A stretch of 64,000 nucleotides of DNA from Lentisphaeria bacterium (GTDB taxonomy: Bacteria; Verrucomicrobiota; Lentisphaeria; JABSQK01; JAWLHB01). Within the stretch, counting starts at the first letter, position 1. The number at the start of each line of letters is the position of its first letter. The position numbers were made by a program, and so were the translations under genes. The stretch lies in assembly GCA_041690595.1 (NCBI GenBank), contig JAWLHB010000007.1, positions 62,001 through 126,000 on the forward strand, written 5' to 3'. This document shows, in pieces, positions 36,448-46,593 of the stretch. The notes under the pieces were generated by a model. It did no database searches. It had not been told where the DNA came from and saw nothing but the letters and a program-made list of their open reading frames with translations.

Positions 36448-37815
36448 ATGAGCAAGAAAGCAAGAGTGCTGATCATAGACGACGAGCGCAATACCCGCGA
36501 AGGGCTGAAAACAGCCCTCAAGAACGACTACGAGGTCATGGCCACCGACAGCGCGCAGCGGGGCGTCGACCTGGTCTTCGAGCGCGATTATGATGTCGTG
36601 CTCACCGATCTGCGCATGCCCGGCATGAACGGCATGGACTTCATCAAGCGCATCCAGACGATGGAGAATCCCCCTGCCTGCATCATGCTCACCGCCTATG
36701 GGTCCATCGAAACGGCTGTCGAGGCAATGAAAATCGGCGCCTATGACTTCCTGACCAAACCGGTCAATCTCGACTCCCTGGAGATGCTCTTGAAGCGCTG
36801 CCTGGAGTCCCGGCAGTTGCGCGAAGAGAACCGCACCCTGAAACGCGAGTTGGCGGCGCGCTACACCTTCGAGAAGATGCTGGGTAATTCCGCGGCCATG
36901 GAACAGGTGAAGGAGACCATCCGGCAGTTCGCCCCGGCGCGCTCCACCGTCCTCCTCACTGGCGAAAGTGGCACAGGCAAGGAACTGGCGGCACGGGCAC
37001 TGCACGAACTCGGCAACCGCTCCGCCCGACCCTTTGTCGCGGTTCATTGTGCGGCACTCGCGACCAATCTTCTGGAGACCGAACTCTTCGGCCATGAAAA
37101 AGGAGCTTTCACGGGTGCCAATGAACGACGTATCGGCCGGTTCGAAGCTGCCGATGGCGGGACCCTTTTCCTGGACGAAATCGGCGAGATCGACCCCTCT
37201 GTCCAAGTCACCCTCCTGCGCATCCTCGAAAACCGTACCTTCGAGCGCGTGGGCGGCACCACCCCGATCGAAGTCGATGTACGTCTCATCGCCGCCACCA
37301 ATCGCGACCTCAGCCAGATGGTTCAGGACGGCACCTTCCGCGAAGATCTTTATTACCGGCTCGATGTCCTGCGGGTGCGCATGCCTCCCTTGCGCGAACA
37401 TCGCGAAGATATCCCGCTGCTGGTCAAGCACTTTGTCGACGAGTTTGCCGCCGAAAACAGTCGCGAGGTGGACGGACTGACCGCGGAAGCTCTCAATGCG
37501 CTGGTCGACTACCATTGGCCGGGAAACGTCCGCGAGCTGCGCAACTGCATCGAGCGCATGGTCGTCATGACGCGCGGCAAGAGCATTACGCTGAAAGATG
37601 TACCCGCTTCGATTCGCCAGGCCAACGAAGAGCAGGACCATCGTCAGGCCAAGCCGGCGGTCCAGACGCTGGATATCGAAGCGAACGAGAAGCAACTCAT
37701 CAAGCAGGCGCTGGATGACTGCGATGGCAATCGCAGTGCCGCCGCCCGCTGCCTCGGCATCAGTCGTCGAACGCTTCATCGCAAGCTCAACCAGTACGAT
37801 CTGCGAAACCTCTGA
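36448..37815 (+). CDS. Sigma54-dependent response regulator (NtrC/AtoC family)
   Basis: Receiver domain (IIDD, TDLRMP, KP), [30 protein letters not shown], Fis-type HTH. Confidence 0.96.
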   Translation: MSKKARVLIIDDERNTREGLKTALKNDYEVMATDSAQRGVDLVFERDYDVVLTDLRMPGMNGMDFIKRIQTMENPPACIMLTAYGSIETAVEAMKIGAYDFLTKPVNLDSLEMLLKRCLESRQLREENRTLKRELAARYTFEKMLGNSAAMEQVKETIRQFAPARSTVLLTGESGTGKELAARALHELGNRSARPFVAVHCAALATNLLETELFGHEKGAFTGANERRIGRFEAADGGTLFLDEIGEIDPSVQVTLLRILENRTFERVGGTTPIEVDVRLIAATNRDLSQMVQDGTFREDLYYRLDVLRVRMPPLREHREDIPLLVKHFVDEFAAENSREVDGLTAEALNALVDYHWPGNVRELRNCIERMVVMTRGKSITLKDVPASIRQANEEQDHRQAKPAVQTLDIEANEKQLIKQALDDCDGNRSAAARCLGISRRTLHRKLNQYDLRNL

Positions 37816-37935
37816 AATAGCTGCCGCGGGAGAGTTGTTTGCAATTGCGCTTTTCCTGACGCTTCAACTGCGTATATTAGGCGCAGACAATGCATGGTGG
37901 TGGTCGATCGGTATTCGCAACAAGAAGAGGACATC

Positions 37936-38922
37936 ATGAACAAACATCTCCTTCCGGTACTTAGCGCAGTGCTCGCGCTCTCAAGCCTCCTTCTGGCGCA
38001 GGAACCTCCAATCCCCCCGGATCCCCCCGTGACTCCTGCCATTCCCACAACCACCCGCGAGAATCTCCAACTCGAACTGCAGCAGACGACGCTCAACCTC
38101 ACGGAGAGCAGGGTTCTTCGCCTGGTCAACCGCATCGGGCGCACCTACCGATTCATGAACATCGCCACCCTCACCACCGCCGGCCCCAGCATCGAAGACC
38201 TGACGTTGCTCGGCGATTTCAGCTATGCCGCCATCGACGACGATGTCCTGGGCGACGACAACGCTCGCGAGCTTTCCGGCAGCGTCTATGTTACCGGCAG
38301 GCTTGCCGAAGACTTCATGTTCGGCCTCGGCATCTCCGAGAGCTACTTTCACGCCGACGGCGATCTCATGAAGCTCCGCCAGCGCATGTACACCCTCGAT
38401 GGCTTCATGACCTATGCCATCACCGACGAATTCTCCGTCGGCGGCTTCCTGCAGTACTCCGACATCGATATCGAAAATGATCTGGTGCCGGACGCCAGCT
38501 CGCCCACCGGGTTCACCAACATCGCCGATCAGTTCAATCGCTATGCAGCTGGGCTGCTCGGCTCCTTCCGCAAGGATCTCGACGTCGTCACCCTCGGTGT
38601 CACCACCTCCATCAGTGGCTTCAACAAGAAAAACGTCGACGATCTGCTGGATGACGAGGATGCCGCCTGGATCACCATTGTTGACGTCGAGCGCGCCTTG
38701 ACCGATAACCTGAGCGTCGACGTCTTCGCCAGCTACTACACACTGCTCGACAACCAACCCGTCAACGGCGTCAAGTCGGATGGCTCGTACTGGTCCGTTG
38801 GCTTTGACTTTGCCTACCAGATGACGACGAGCTGGTTTGTCAGCTTGGGGTACGAAACGCAGCTGGCCTATTCGAACTATGATGAACATCGGATCAATGC
38901 TGCCGTTGCTTACAGCTGGTAA
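37936..38922 (+). CDS. Outer membrane beta-barrel protein (autotransporter-barrel-like)
   Basis: Signal peptide, Pro-rich linker, alternating amphipathic beta strands, terminal AVAYSW with an aromatic last residue. Confidence 0.7.
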   Translation: MNKHLLPVLSAVLALSSLLLAQEPPIPPDPPVTPAIPTTTRENLQLELQQTTLNLTESRVLRLVNRIGRTYRFMNIATLTTAGPSIEDLTLLGDFSYAAIDDDVLGDDNARELSGSVYVTGRLAEDFMFGLGISESYFHADGDLMKLRQRMYTLDGFMTYAITDEFSVGGFLQYSDIDIENDLVPDASSPTGFTNIADQFNRYAAGLLGSFRKDLDVVTLGVTTSISGFNKKNVDDLLDDEDAAWITIVDVERALTDNLSVDVFASYYTLLDNQPVNGVKSDGSYWSVGFDFAYQMTTSWFVSLGYETQLAYSNYDEHRINAAVAYSW

Positions 38923-38928
38923 GGCCGC

Positions 38929-41385
38929 GTGAGGGAAAAGCGCCAAACTATCCTCTTCCCGGCCTTTCTGGCCCTGGTCGTTTTTCTCGTTTCCTGGGCC
39001 ATTTCCCTCGTCAACCTGGAAAACGGTTCCATTTTTGCCCAGGTTGACCGTCCGCTGCAGGATCTCCTCTTCCGGCTGCGCAACCGCGTCTTCCCTGAAC
39101 AACCCATCAGCGATGCCGTGACCCTCATCGGTGTCGATGACAAGACCACTGAGACGCTGGGGCGTTTCGGCGAAGGCGTATGGAAGACGCGTGAACCCTA
39201 CATCACCCAGTTGCTCGCCTTTCTCCGGCACCAGCCCGCCATCGTCGCTTATGATATCATCTTCAAGGAAGACACGGAAGAGTGGGGCCAATTCCGCGCC
39301 GAAGGCCGCCAGCACCTCGACCAGAAGGCGATCGGCGAGCTGCTGATCGAGTCGGCCGCCAGCGGTTCCACCATCCGCGATGCCGGCGTCCTTCTCGATC
39401 TCTCCCTGATCACCGTGCGCCAGGCGACGGATAACCTGGCCGCCGCCTTCTCCGAACTCACTTTTGCCGATGTTGACCAGCCAACCACCATCATCTTCCC
39501 CTATTCGGTGCCCGACAGTGTCCGTGCCCCCTGGCGAACCAGCGACATCCTGGGTGACGATCCGGACGACCTGGCCGAGGACAACGGCCTCGTCCTCCCC
39601 TATTTTCGCGACGTTCGCATACCCCTCGAGCATGTGCATCGCATCGCCGTCGACTACCCCTTTTCGCCCGCGAGACCGACCATGCCGGACAGCCGGCTCT
39701 TCGATCTCGGCCTGCTCGGCTTCATTCAGGTGCCGCGTGATCCCGGCGGCGTCGTGCGCCGATATCCCCTCATCCAGGGTCTCAGTTACACCTATGCCGA
39801 CCCCGCGAGCGGCGATACCGTCAACCGTCACGTCTTTGTCCCCTCCCTGGCGCTGCTCTCCGTCATGTACTACCTCGGCATCGACCTGGTCGAACGCAAC
39901 CTCACAGAGGATTATCTGGTCGATGGCAAACCGGTTGTCGAAGTCCACTTTGGCAGGGAACTCATCCTCCGTCCGCCCGGAAAAGCCCAGATCCGCGTAC
40001 CGATTGACGACCACGGCAACCTGCTGCTCGACTTTGTCGGGCGCGTCGAAGACTACTCCAGCATGTCCTTCCTCGACTCCCTCAGCTATGACAAAAGGGT
40101 CGGCGATCGCCTGCGCGGCCGTATCGTCTTCGTTGGCATCACCGAGACTGCCGGCACCGACGTGGGCCCCGTCCCCATCGTTGCCAATTCGGCTCTGGTG
40201 CTCGTGCACATGACCGCCGCCAGCAACATCCTGCTGAACACCTTCGTCCGGCCCATTTCATCGCGTGGCGAGCTGGCGCTGATGCTGGCCCTTTGGCTGG
40301 TGCTGGCCCCAGGCGCCATGTTCATGCGTCCCCGCCTCTTCACGATCCTCACCGGCGGGCTGCTGCTGATCTACGGCGGCATCTGTTTCTGGATGATCGC
40401 CGGGCACCTCTACGTGCTGCCCATCATCGCCCCCATTGCCGCCGTTCTCTTCTCGTGCATCGGCACCGTTCTCTACCGCTACTTCACCGAGGAAAAGGAA
40501 AAGCAGAAGATCCGCGGCATGTTTTCCACCATGGTTTCCTCCGACGTACTGACCTACATGGAGGAACATCCCGAGAGTTTCTCCCTCGCGGGCGAACGGC
40601 GCGAGGCCACCATCTTCTTCTCCGACGTCGCCGGCTTCACCACGATCTCCGAAAGTCTTCCCCCCGATCGGCTTTCCAACCTGCTCAACCAGTACCTCAG
40701 CCCCATGACCGACATCATCATGGCGCTCGACGGCTATGTCGACAAATACGAGGGCGATGCCATCATGGCAGAGTGGGGCGTCCCCTCGCCCGATCCCCAT
40801 CACGCGCGCAACGGCTGCTTCGCCGCCATCGATCAGCAGCGCCAGCTCGCGGAGCTGCGTCCACGCTTCCAGCGCGACTTCGGCGTCGAAATCCATGTGC
40901 GCATGGGGATCAACTCAGGCGTGGTTTCGGCGGGCAACATGGGCTCCGGCAAGCGCATGCAGTACACCGTCATGGGCGATGCCGTTAACCAGGCCGCTCG
41001 CTTCGAGCCCGCCAACAAGGACTACGGCACCCTCATCATGATGGGACAAAGCACCTACGACTTGGCCCGCGAGCACGTCGATGCCCGCCTCCTCGACCGT
41101 ATCATCGTCAAAGGAAAAACCGAACCCATCCAGATCTACGAACTGCTCGAGCGCAAAGGGCAGACCCCCGACTTGATGCTGCAGGTGGTGGAGCTCTATC
41201 AGAGAGGACTCGAACTTCACTGGCAACGCAACTGGGAAGAGGCCATCGGCACATGGCGGAAGGCACTCGAACTCCGCCCTGATGACGGTCCATGCCTGGC
41301 CCTCATCGAACGTGTCCGCGGCTACCAGCTGCAGCCCCCCGGCGATCAATGGAAAGGTGAATATGTCCGCAAGAGCAAGGACTGA
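38929..41385 (+). CDS. CHASE2-domain class III adenylate cyclase with a C-terminal TPR-like tail
   Basis: CHASE2 (IGVDD, AYDIIF, DPGGVVRR, GRIVFVG), 3 TM segments, FSDVAGFT, DKYEGD, YTVMGDAVNQAAR, VKGK. Confidence 0.93.
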   Translation: MREKRQTILFPAFLALVVFLVSWAISLVNLENGSIFAQVDRPLQDLLFRLRNRVFPEQPISDAVTLIGVDDKTTETLGRFGEGVWKTREPYITQLLAFLRHQPAIVAYDIIFKEDTEEWGQFRAEGRQHLDQKAIGELLIESAASGSTIRDAGVLLDLSLITVRQATDNLAAAFSELTFADVDQPTTIIFPYSVPDSVRAPWRTSDILGDDPDDLAEDNGLVLPYFRDVRIPLEHVHRIAVDYPFSPARPTMPDSRLFDLGLLGFIQVPRDPGGVVRRYPLIQGLSYTYADPASGDTVNRHVFVPSLALLSVMYYLGIDLVERNLTEDYLVDGKPVVEVHFGRELILRPPGKAQIRVPIDDHGNLLLDFVGRVEDYSSMSFLDSLSYDKRVGDRLRGRIVFVGITETAGTDVGPVPIVANSALVLVHMTAASNILLNTFVRPISSRGELALMLALWLVLAPGAMFMRPRLFTILTGGLLLIYGGICFWMIAGHLYVLPIIAPIAAVLFSCIGTVLYRYFTEEKEKQKIRGMFSTMVSSDVLTYMEEHPESFSLAGERREATIFFSDVAGFTTISESLPPDRLSNLLNQYLSPMTDIIMALDGYVDKYEGDAIMAEWGVPSPDPHHARNGCFAAIDQQRQLAELRPRFQRDFGVEIHVRMGINSGVVSAGNMGSGKRMQYTVMGDAVNQAARFEPANKDYGTLIMMGQSTYDLAREHVDARLLDRIIVKGKTEPIQIYELLERKGQTPDLMLQVVELYQRGLELHWQRNWEEAIGTWRKALELRPDDGPCLALIERVRGYQLQPPGDQWKGEYVRKSKD

Positions 41386-41403
41386 CGCCGCGCGCGACGC
41401 CGC

Positions 41404-42525
41404 CTAACGCGTCGCCAGGACGATGATGACAATCAGGAGGATCACGATCACCGCCGTGAAGCCGACAATCATCAGCATGTTCTTGTTGCTCTTGCCGGTG
41501 GGCTCACCCGCCGGCGTACCCGCGGGAGCAGCGGCAGGAGCCGGCATGTTCGGCGAGCCGGGCACGTCCGCGCTGTTCATCGCCTTCTTCATATCGTCGA
41601 TCAGGGCTTTCCAGCTGGAGTGCCGATCGCTGCGCGACTTCATCAGCATCTTGTCGATCAGGGCAGATACGGCCGGAGTGACATTGGCATTCCGCTCACG
41701 AGCAGGTTCGGGCTTTTCATCCATCTGCTTCTGCATGAGCAGCACCGGCGCCGTTTCCTCGAAGGGCAGCGTCCCGGTGACGCATTCGTAAAGAACGATG
41801 CCGAGCGAGTAGAGATCCGCACGGAAGTCGAGATCCTCCGCTGCCTGGATCTGCTCCGGGCTCATGTATTCGGGGGTCCCGATGGTGAAGCCGATGCCGG
41901 TCAGCCCCAGAGACTGACCTTCCGAGGACTTGGCTATGCCGAAGCCCATCAGCTTGGCCACGCCATTATCCGTCAGGAAGATGCTTTGCGGCTTGATGTC
42001 CCGATGGAGGATCTTCTTTTCCTCCCACGCATAGCGCAGTGCCTCCGCAATGCCAATGCTGATGTTCAGAGCCTCACCGCACGTCAAGGCGCCGTTCTGA
42101 TCCAGATGATCGTTGAGCATGGTGCCCGATTCATAGGCGGTGACCAGAAAATAGCTGTCGTTGTCCTGTCCGGCCTCGACTGCTTCCACGATATTGGGGT
42201 GTTTGAGCCCCACCACCAGATCCGTCTCCTGCATCAGCCGCGTGACCTTTTCCTGGTCGCGACTCATCTCACCCGAGAGGATCTCCACCGTGTACTGGCG
42301 GCCGTCGCTCTTGGTCGCAAGATAGACATCGCCGAGGCTGCTTTCCGCGATCTTCTGCTCCAGCTTATAGCCGTTTCCGATCACCACCCCAGGGCCGATG
42401 GGCAGATCGTCGGGCACCTGCACCTGTTCCTTGCAGGAAGGGCATGACACCACACGCCGCTTCAGTCCTTTCAGTTCTGCCTCGATCTGGTGTTGGCAGG
42501 CTGGACAAGCAAAGGGAATGATCAT
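41404..42525 (-). CDS. Hanks-type Ser/Thr kinase-fold protein (probable pseudokinase) with a Zn ribbon and C-terminal TM anchor
   Basis: CPAC..CPSC; HPNIV, HRDIKP, GTPEYMSPEQ, DLYSLG; degenerate Gly loop, VAIK and DFG; start ATG 42525 after GGAG. Confidence 0.88.
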   Translation of the reverse strand: MIIPFACPACQHQIEAELKGLKRRVVSCPSCKEQVQVPDDLPIGPGVVIGNGYKLEQKIAESSLGDVYLATKSDGRQYTVEILSGEMSRDQEKVTRLMQETDLVVGLKHPNIVEAVEAGQDNDSYFLVTAYESGTMLNDHLDQNGALTCGEALNISIGIAEALRYAWEEKKILHRDIKPQSIFLTDNGVAKLMGFGIAKSSEGQSLGLTGIGFTIGTPEYMSPEQIQAAEDLDFRADLYSLGIVLYECVTGTLPFEETAPVLLMQKQMDEKPEPARERNANVTPAVSALIDKMLMKSRSDRHSSWKALIDDMKKAMNSADVPGSPNMPAPAAAPAGTPAGEPTGKSNKNMLMIVGFTAVIVILLIVIIVLATR

Positions 42526-42711
42526 GGTGGTCTCTCCTGGCGCGCGGTTTGTCGGCGGAATTGCAGGGTAATGGATCGGCAGAATATAGCGGAGCAATCC
42601 GCAATGAACAACAGCCATTTTACATTTTGCTGGCTCTTTGCGCCCCATGCCGGCCAGCAGCGTTGCATTGCGCGCGGGCTGTGGCATGGTAGTGCGTAAA
42701 CTGGAGGTGGT

Positions 42712-44028
42712 GTGAAGCCGAATCTTATCATTGTCGGAGCCGGGGCTGCCGGACTCATGGCGGCGGCGTGTGCCGCCGAGCGCGGGTTGCGCGTGGTCCT
42801 GCTCGAACGCAAGCATCAACCCGGCCGGAAGCTGCTCATGTGCGGCAACAATCGCTGCAATATCACGCGGCAACTCGACGTCGAGCCCATGCTCGCCGAC
42901 TATGGCCAGCCCGTTGCTGACTTCCTGCGCGCCGCCATCGAAGCACTCCCCCCACGTGAGCTGCGCCAATGGTTCAGTCAGCGCGGACTGGTGACTCAGG
43001 TGCAGCCCGACGCACGCGTCTATCCGCGCTCGCAGAAGGCCGACGATGTTCTCCATCTCTTTACCGACCAGCTTCGCGATCGCCGGGTGCCGGTGATCTA
43101 CAACTGCCCGGTCGAAGCGATCCGCCGCACCGCCGACGGGCTCATGGTCGCATGCCAGAGCCTGGAACTGACCGCACCGGCGCTCCTGCTGGCAACGGGC
43201 GGCGTCAGCTATCCCAAGACCGGCTCCGTCGGCGACGGTCAGAACTTCGCCAAAGCGCTCGGCCATTCGCTGGTGCCGTACCGCCCCGGCCTGGCAGCCT
43301 TTGAAATCGATGAGCCCTGGCTGATGGCTCACCAGGAATGCTCCATCAACGACGTGCGTGTCACCGTCACGGTCGGCGAGAAGAGCGTCGGCGAAAGCCG
43401 CGGCAACCTCGAGGTCGTCCGCCAGGGTGTCGCCGGCAAAGCCATCTTCGACGCCAGCCGCCTCGTCGCCCGCCATGGGCTCAACGATTACCGTCTCCTG
43501 CTCGATCTCTGCCCCGATATCGCCGCGCCCGCCCTGGCCGAAGCCCTGCGTCAGGGATTGGCGGCCACCCCCCGCCGCAACCTCCCCGCCCTCCTCGCCG
43601 AGCGGCTCCTCCCTCTTCCCTTTGCCACCGACTTCCTGCGCCATATTGCTCAGGTCGATGCCGGTCGCCCGAACGAGGCGGCCATACTCAAAACCGTATC
43701 CGCCTTGAAGGGATGGCCCCTGCGCCACCTGCGTCCCCGTCCCCTCAAGGAAGCGATGGTCACCATGGGCGGCGTCGCCCTGGCCGAGATTGACTCCGCG
43801 ACCATGGCCTCCACCCGCTGCCCAGGCCTCTACTTCGCCGGCGAAGTCATGGATGTCGATGGACCGACGGGCGGCTACAATCTTCATGCCGCCTTTGCGA
43901 CCGCGCAGCTTGCCGTCGCCGCCATCGCCGCGAATCTCGGCACATCGCCGGCGCCGCGTCCCGCGCCAAAGCCCGCGGTTTCCCCCCGCCGCCAGCAGCG
44001 CAAGTACCCGCCGCGCCATCGTCGCTGA
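42712..44028 (+). CDS. HI0933/BaiN family flavoprotein
   Basis: GAGAAG, GRKLLMCG..RCNIT, LATGG.SYP.TGS.GDG, GLYFAGEVMDVDGPTGGYNL. Confidence 0.93.
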   Translation: MKPNLIIVGAGAAGLMAAACAAERGLRVVLLERKHQPGRKLLMCGNNRCNITRQLDVEPMLADYGQPVADFLRAAIEALPPRELRQWFSQRGLVTQVQPDARVYPRSQKADDVLHLFTDQLRDRRVPVIYNCPVEAIRRTADGLMVACQSLELTAPALLLATGGVSYPKTGSVGDGQNFAKALGHSLVPYRPGLAAFEIDEPWLMAHQECSINDVRVTVTVGEKSVGESRGNLEVVRQGVAGKAIFDASRLVARHGLNDYRLLLDLCPDIAAPALAEALRQGLAATPRRNLPALLAERLLPLPFATDFLRHIAQVDAGRPNEAAILKTVSALKGWPLRHLRPRPLKEAMVTMGGVALAEIDSATMASTRCPGLYFAGEVMDVDGPTGGYNLHAAFATAQLAVAAIAANLGTSPAPRPAPKPAVSPRRQQRKYPPRHRR

Positions 44029-44033
44029 AGACC

Positions 44034-44909
44034 TTACGCCGTTTCGACTGCCGATCTGCCCCTTTGCCGCAGTCGGCGACCAAGGAACTTCGTGAAGAGG
44101 ATGAGCAGGTAGACGGCGCCTGCCAGGCAGATGATGGTCGCTCCCGGATGCAGATCCGGCTCGTAGCTCAGGACCAGCCCCCCGCCCGTGCACAGCAGCG
44201 AGATCAGGATGGCCAGCCCGATGGTCTGCCACAGTCGTCGCGTCAATTGCGCCGCCGCGGCCGCAGGCAACGTCAGCAGCGCGATCACCATCACGATGCC
44301 TACCACCTGCACCAGCAGCACCACCGTCAGCGCCGTCAGGCAAAGCAAAAGCAGATAGTAGAAGTGAACGTTGACCCCCCGCAGCCGCGCGAACTCCTCG
44401 TCGAACGAGACGGCCAGCAGCCGATTGTAGAAGAGGAAGACGATGATCAGGATCGAGATGTCCAGGATCAGGATGAGCCACAGGTCCTGCCGCGCCACCA
44501 TGAGGATGTTCCCGAAGAGATAGCTCATCAGGTCCTCGTTGTAACCCCCGGTCTTGTGAATGAAGAAGATCCCGATCGCCATCCCGATCGCCCAGACCGC
44601 GCTCAGAACGGTATCCTCGCGCTCCGTCCCGTAGATCGTGAAGATGCCGATTATCAGCGCCGCCAGAAGCGCCGCGAAGACCGCCCCGTGCATCGGCGTC
44701 AGGAAGCTCCAGCCAACCTCGCGTTCGAGGTAGCGCGCCGCCCCCATCCCCCCCAGCGTGCAGTGCGCGATCGCACCCGCGATGTACGTGATCCGCCGCA
44801 CCGTCACGTAGCTGCCCACGATGCCGCACGCCACCGACGCCAGAATACTGGTGAGCACCGCATACTGAAGGAACTCGAAGCTCTTCAGGTCACTCAGGAA
44901 TTGCTGCAC
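44034..44909 (-). CDS. znuB: Zn/Mn ABC transporter permease
   Basis: ABC-3 motifs AGAIAH..LGG, MSYLFGNIL, SFDEEFA..RG, VG..MVIALLTLP. Confidence 0.88.
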   Translation of the reverse strand: MQQFLSDLKSFEFLQYAVLTSILASVACGIVGSYVTVRRITYIAGAIAHCTLGGMGAARYLEREVGWSFLTPMHGAVFAALLAALIIGIFTIYGTEREDTVLSAVWAIGMAIGIFFIHKTGGYNEDLMSYLFGNILMVARQDLWLILILDISILIIVFLFYNRLLAVSFDEEFARLRGVNVHFYYLLLLCLTALTVVLLVQVVGIVMVIALLTLPAAAAAQLTRRLWQTIGLAILISLLCTGGGLVLSYEPDLHPGATIICLAGAVYLLILFTKFLGRRLRQRGRSAVETA

Positions 44910-45655
44910 GTGTGGCCCCCTTCCGAACAGCGATGATCGTGCCGCACCAAGGCCACATCCCGCCCGTACATCTCCCGGATGACATCCCCCGTAAACTCAC
45001 TGGTCGGGTGCAGCTTTACCTGACGGTTCACGCAGACCACGCTGCTCACAAACTGCGTCACCACCCCCAGATCGTGCGACACCAGCAGCACCGTCAGCCG
45101 CTTGCTCAGCACCGTCAGCAGGTCGTAAAGCTGCTGTTCCGCCGCCGCGTCGATGTTCGATGTCGGTTCATCCAGCAGCAGCAGTTCCGGTCGCGACGCA
45201 AGCCCCCGGGCGACCAGCACCCGTTGCCGCTGTCCGCCGGAAAGATCCTCGAAGGGCCGCCCGCTCTGCGACTCCAGACCAACCTCCGCCAGTGCCGCAA
45301 GAGCCCCCTCCCGATCCGCCCGCCGAAACGGCCCGAAGTGCCGAAGGCCGATTCGCCCCATCAGCACCACATCCATCACGTTAACCGGAAACTTGAGATC
45401 GAAATTCGCGTATTGCGGCACGTAACCCACTCGGCAGCGCGCCTGCTCCGGCGTCGTCCCCAGAACTTTGATGCGCCCCCGGTCCGGCTTCAGCAGCCCC
45501 AGAATCAGCCGCAGCAATGTCGTCTTCCCGCCACCGTTCGGGCCAACCAGGCTGACCAGCTCATTGCCGTCTATCCGCAGATTCACCTGCTCCAGGATCG
45601 GCTCCCGGTCGTAGGCAAAATCGAGATTGTCTATCTCTACCACGCACTCGCTCAT
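44894..45655 (-). CDS. znuC: Zn/Mn ABC transporter ATP-binding protein
   Basis: GPNGGGKTT, GYVPQ, LSGGQRQR, LLLDEP, VSHDL, His-rich tail; start uncertain (45655 or 45703). Confidence 0.9.
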   Translation of the reverse strand: MSECVVEIDNLDFAYDREPILEQVNLRIDGNELVSLVGPNGGGKTTLLRLILGLLKPDRGRIKVLGTTPEQARCRVGYVPQYANFDLKFPVNVMDVVLMGRIGLRHFGPFRRADREGALAALAEVGLESQSGRPFEDLSGGQRQRVLVARGLASRPELLLLDEPTSNIDAAAEQQLYDLLTVLSKRLTVLLVSHDLGVVTQFVSSVVCVNRQVKLHPTSEFTGDVIREMYGRDVALVRHDHRCSEGGHTCSNS

Positions 45656-45713
45656 CAGGCACCCGAGGCTTCGCGTTGGCCGCACGGGCAAACGCGCCCG
45701 CACCTCCTTTACC

Positions 45714-45727
45714 GATAATCGCTTATC
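45714..45727. promoter_or_regulatory. Putative Zur/Fur-type operator
   Basis: Palindrome GATAA-TCGC-TTATC just downstream of a minus-strand TTGACA (45735-45740), upstream of znuC. Confidence 0.55.
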
Positions 45728-45773
45728 AATTCCATGTCAAGGAACATTCGCCGCAATTATCCCGATCTGCTCG

Positions 45774-46181
45774 TCAACTGCCATGATCGTCGCAGGTGGC
45801 GCAAGTCCCGTAAAGGGTGATTTCATGCCCTTCGACGATGAAGCCGTTCGGCAGCGACGTCCCGTCGGGAATCGGCATCATACAGCCGGGCAGATCATAG
45901 ACCACGTCGCAGGCGTTGCAGCGGAAATGATGATGATGGGCCAGGTGGGCTGACTCATACCTGGCATGGCCATCCGGAAGCATCACCGCATGGATGCTGC
46001 CATGCTCCAGCAGCAGCTTGACCGTCCGGTAGACTGTCGCCACTCCCATCCGCGGAATTGCCACCGATGCTACTTCATGAATCTCCGGCACCGTCAGTGG
46101 ACCTGGTGACTGCTCCAGCGCGTTCATGATCGCCTGTCGCTGCACGGTCTGCCGCTGTCCCGGCTGTTTCTCTTTTGCCAT
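45774..46181 (-). CDS. zur: Fur family regulator, probably Zur
   Basis: ATVYRTVKLL wHTH, HHHHFRCNAC, YGTCATC; adjacent to znuCB; AGGAG RBS. Confidence 0.85.
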   Translation of the reverse strand: MAKEKQPGQRQTVQRQAIMNALEQSPGPLTVPEIHEVASVAIPRMGVATVYRTVKLLLEHGSIHAVMLPDGHARYESAHLAHHHHFRCNACDVVYDLPGCMMPIPDGTSLPNGFIVEGHEITLYGTCATCDDHGS

Positions 46182-46370
46182 GCTCCTAATCTCCCATTCT
46201 CAATAAAGATGCCACCACCATCACCAAAGGTCAAATGGCCCCTCCCCACTGTGTTGAACTCAATTCCACGACCGCCGCCGCGATCGGCCCGGCAAATTGG
46301 GTGTCGCCGGTCGGCCGTTGCACCCCACCGGCCCTGTCAAGTCGTCAGCACTGCGCAAATGCATTCTGAC

Positions 46371-46398
46371 TTGACTACCTGAGGCGTTTTGCTACCTT
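46371..46398 (+). promoter_or_regulatory. Putative sigma70 promoter of the large secreted protein
   Basis: TTGACT-N16-TACCTT with an extended -10 TG. Confidence 0.45.
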
Positions 46399-46593
46399 GC
46401 AATAGGAATACTATGCGAGATTTTCCCGAAACGTCATCGAGAAGATGAGTCCCCGGCAACACCAGTCTCTATGTGTCCGTCTACATGCCGGAGGAGAGGA
46501 TCGTTAACACAAGTGTGGCACGGCATGGCGTCGTGTCCCGATAACCCCGAACGAGGTTCTGCGGGAGCCTCGGACAAAGACCGGGAGTCAATC

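Noticed and set aside
37828..37843. Sigma54 promoter (GG-N10-GC with TTGCA) upstream of the beta-barrel gene
   Set aside because: Spacing and the -12 element fit, but the -24 element lacks TGGCAC; too weak to call
41404..44829. 1141-aa ORF as one giant kinase fusion
   Set aside because: The 5' two-thirds is antisense to the HI0933 gene and off-frame to znuB; the real start is ATG 42525, which has an RBS
46516..46530. Sigma54-like TGGCACGGCATGGC
   Set aside because: GG-to-GC spacing is 9 rather than 10, and there is no TTGC
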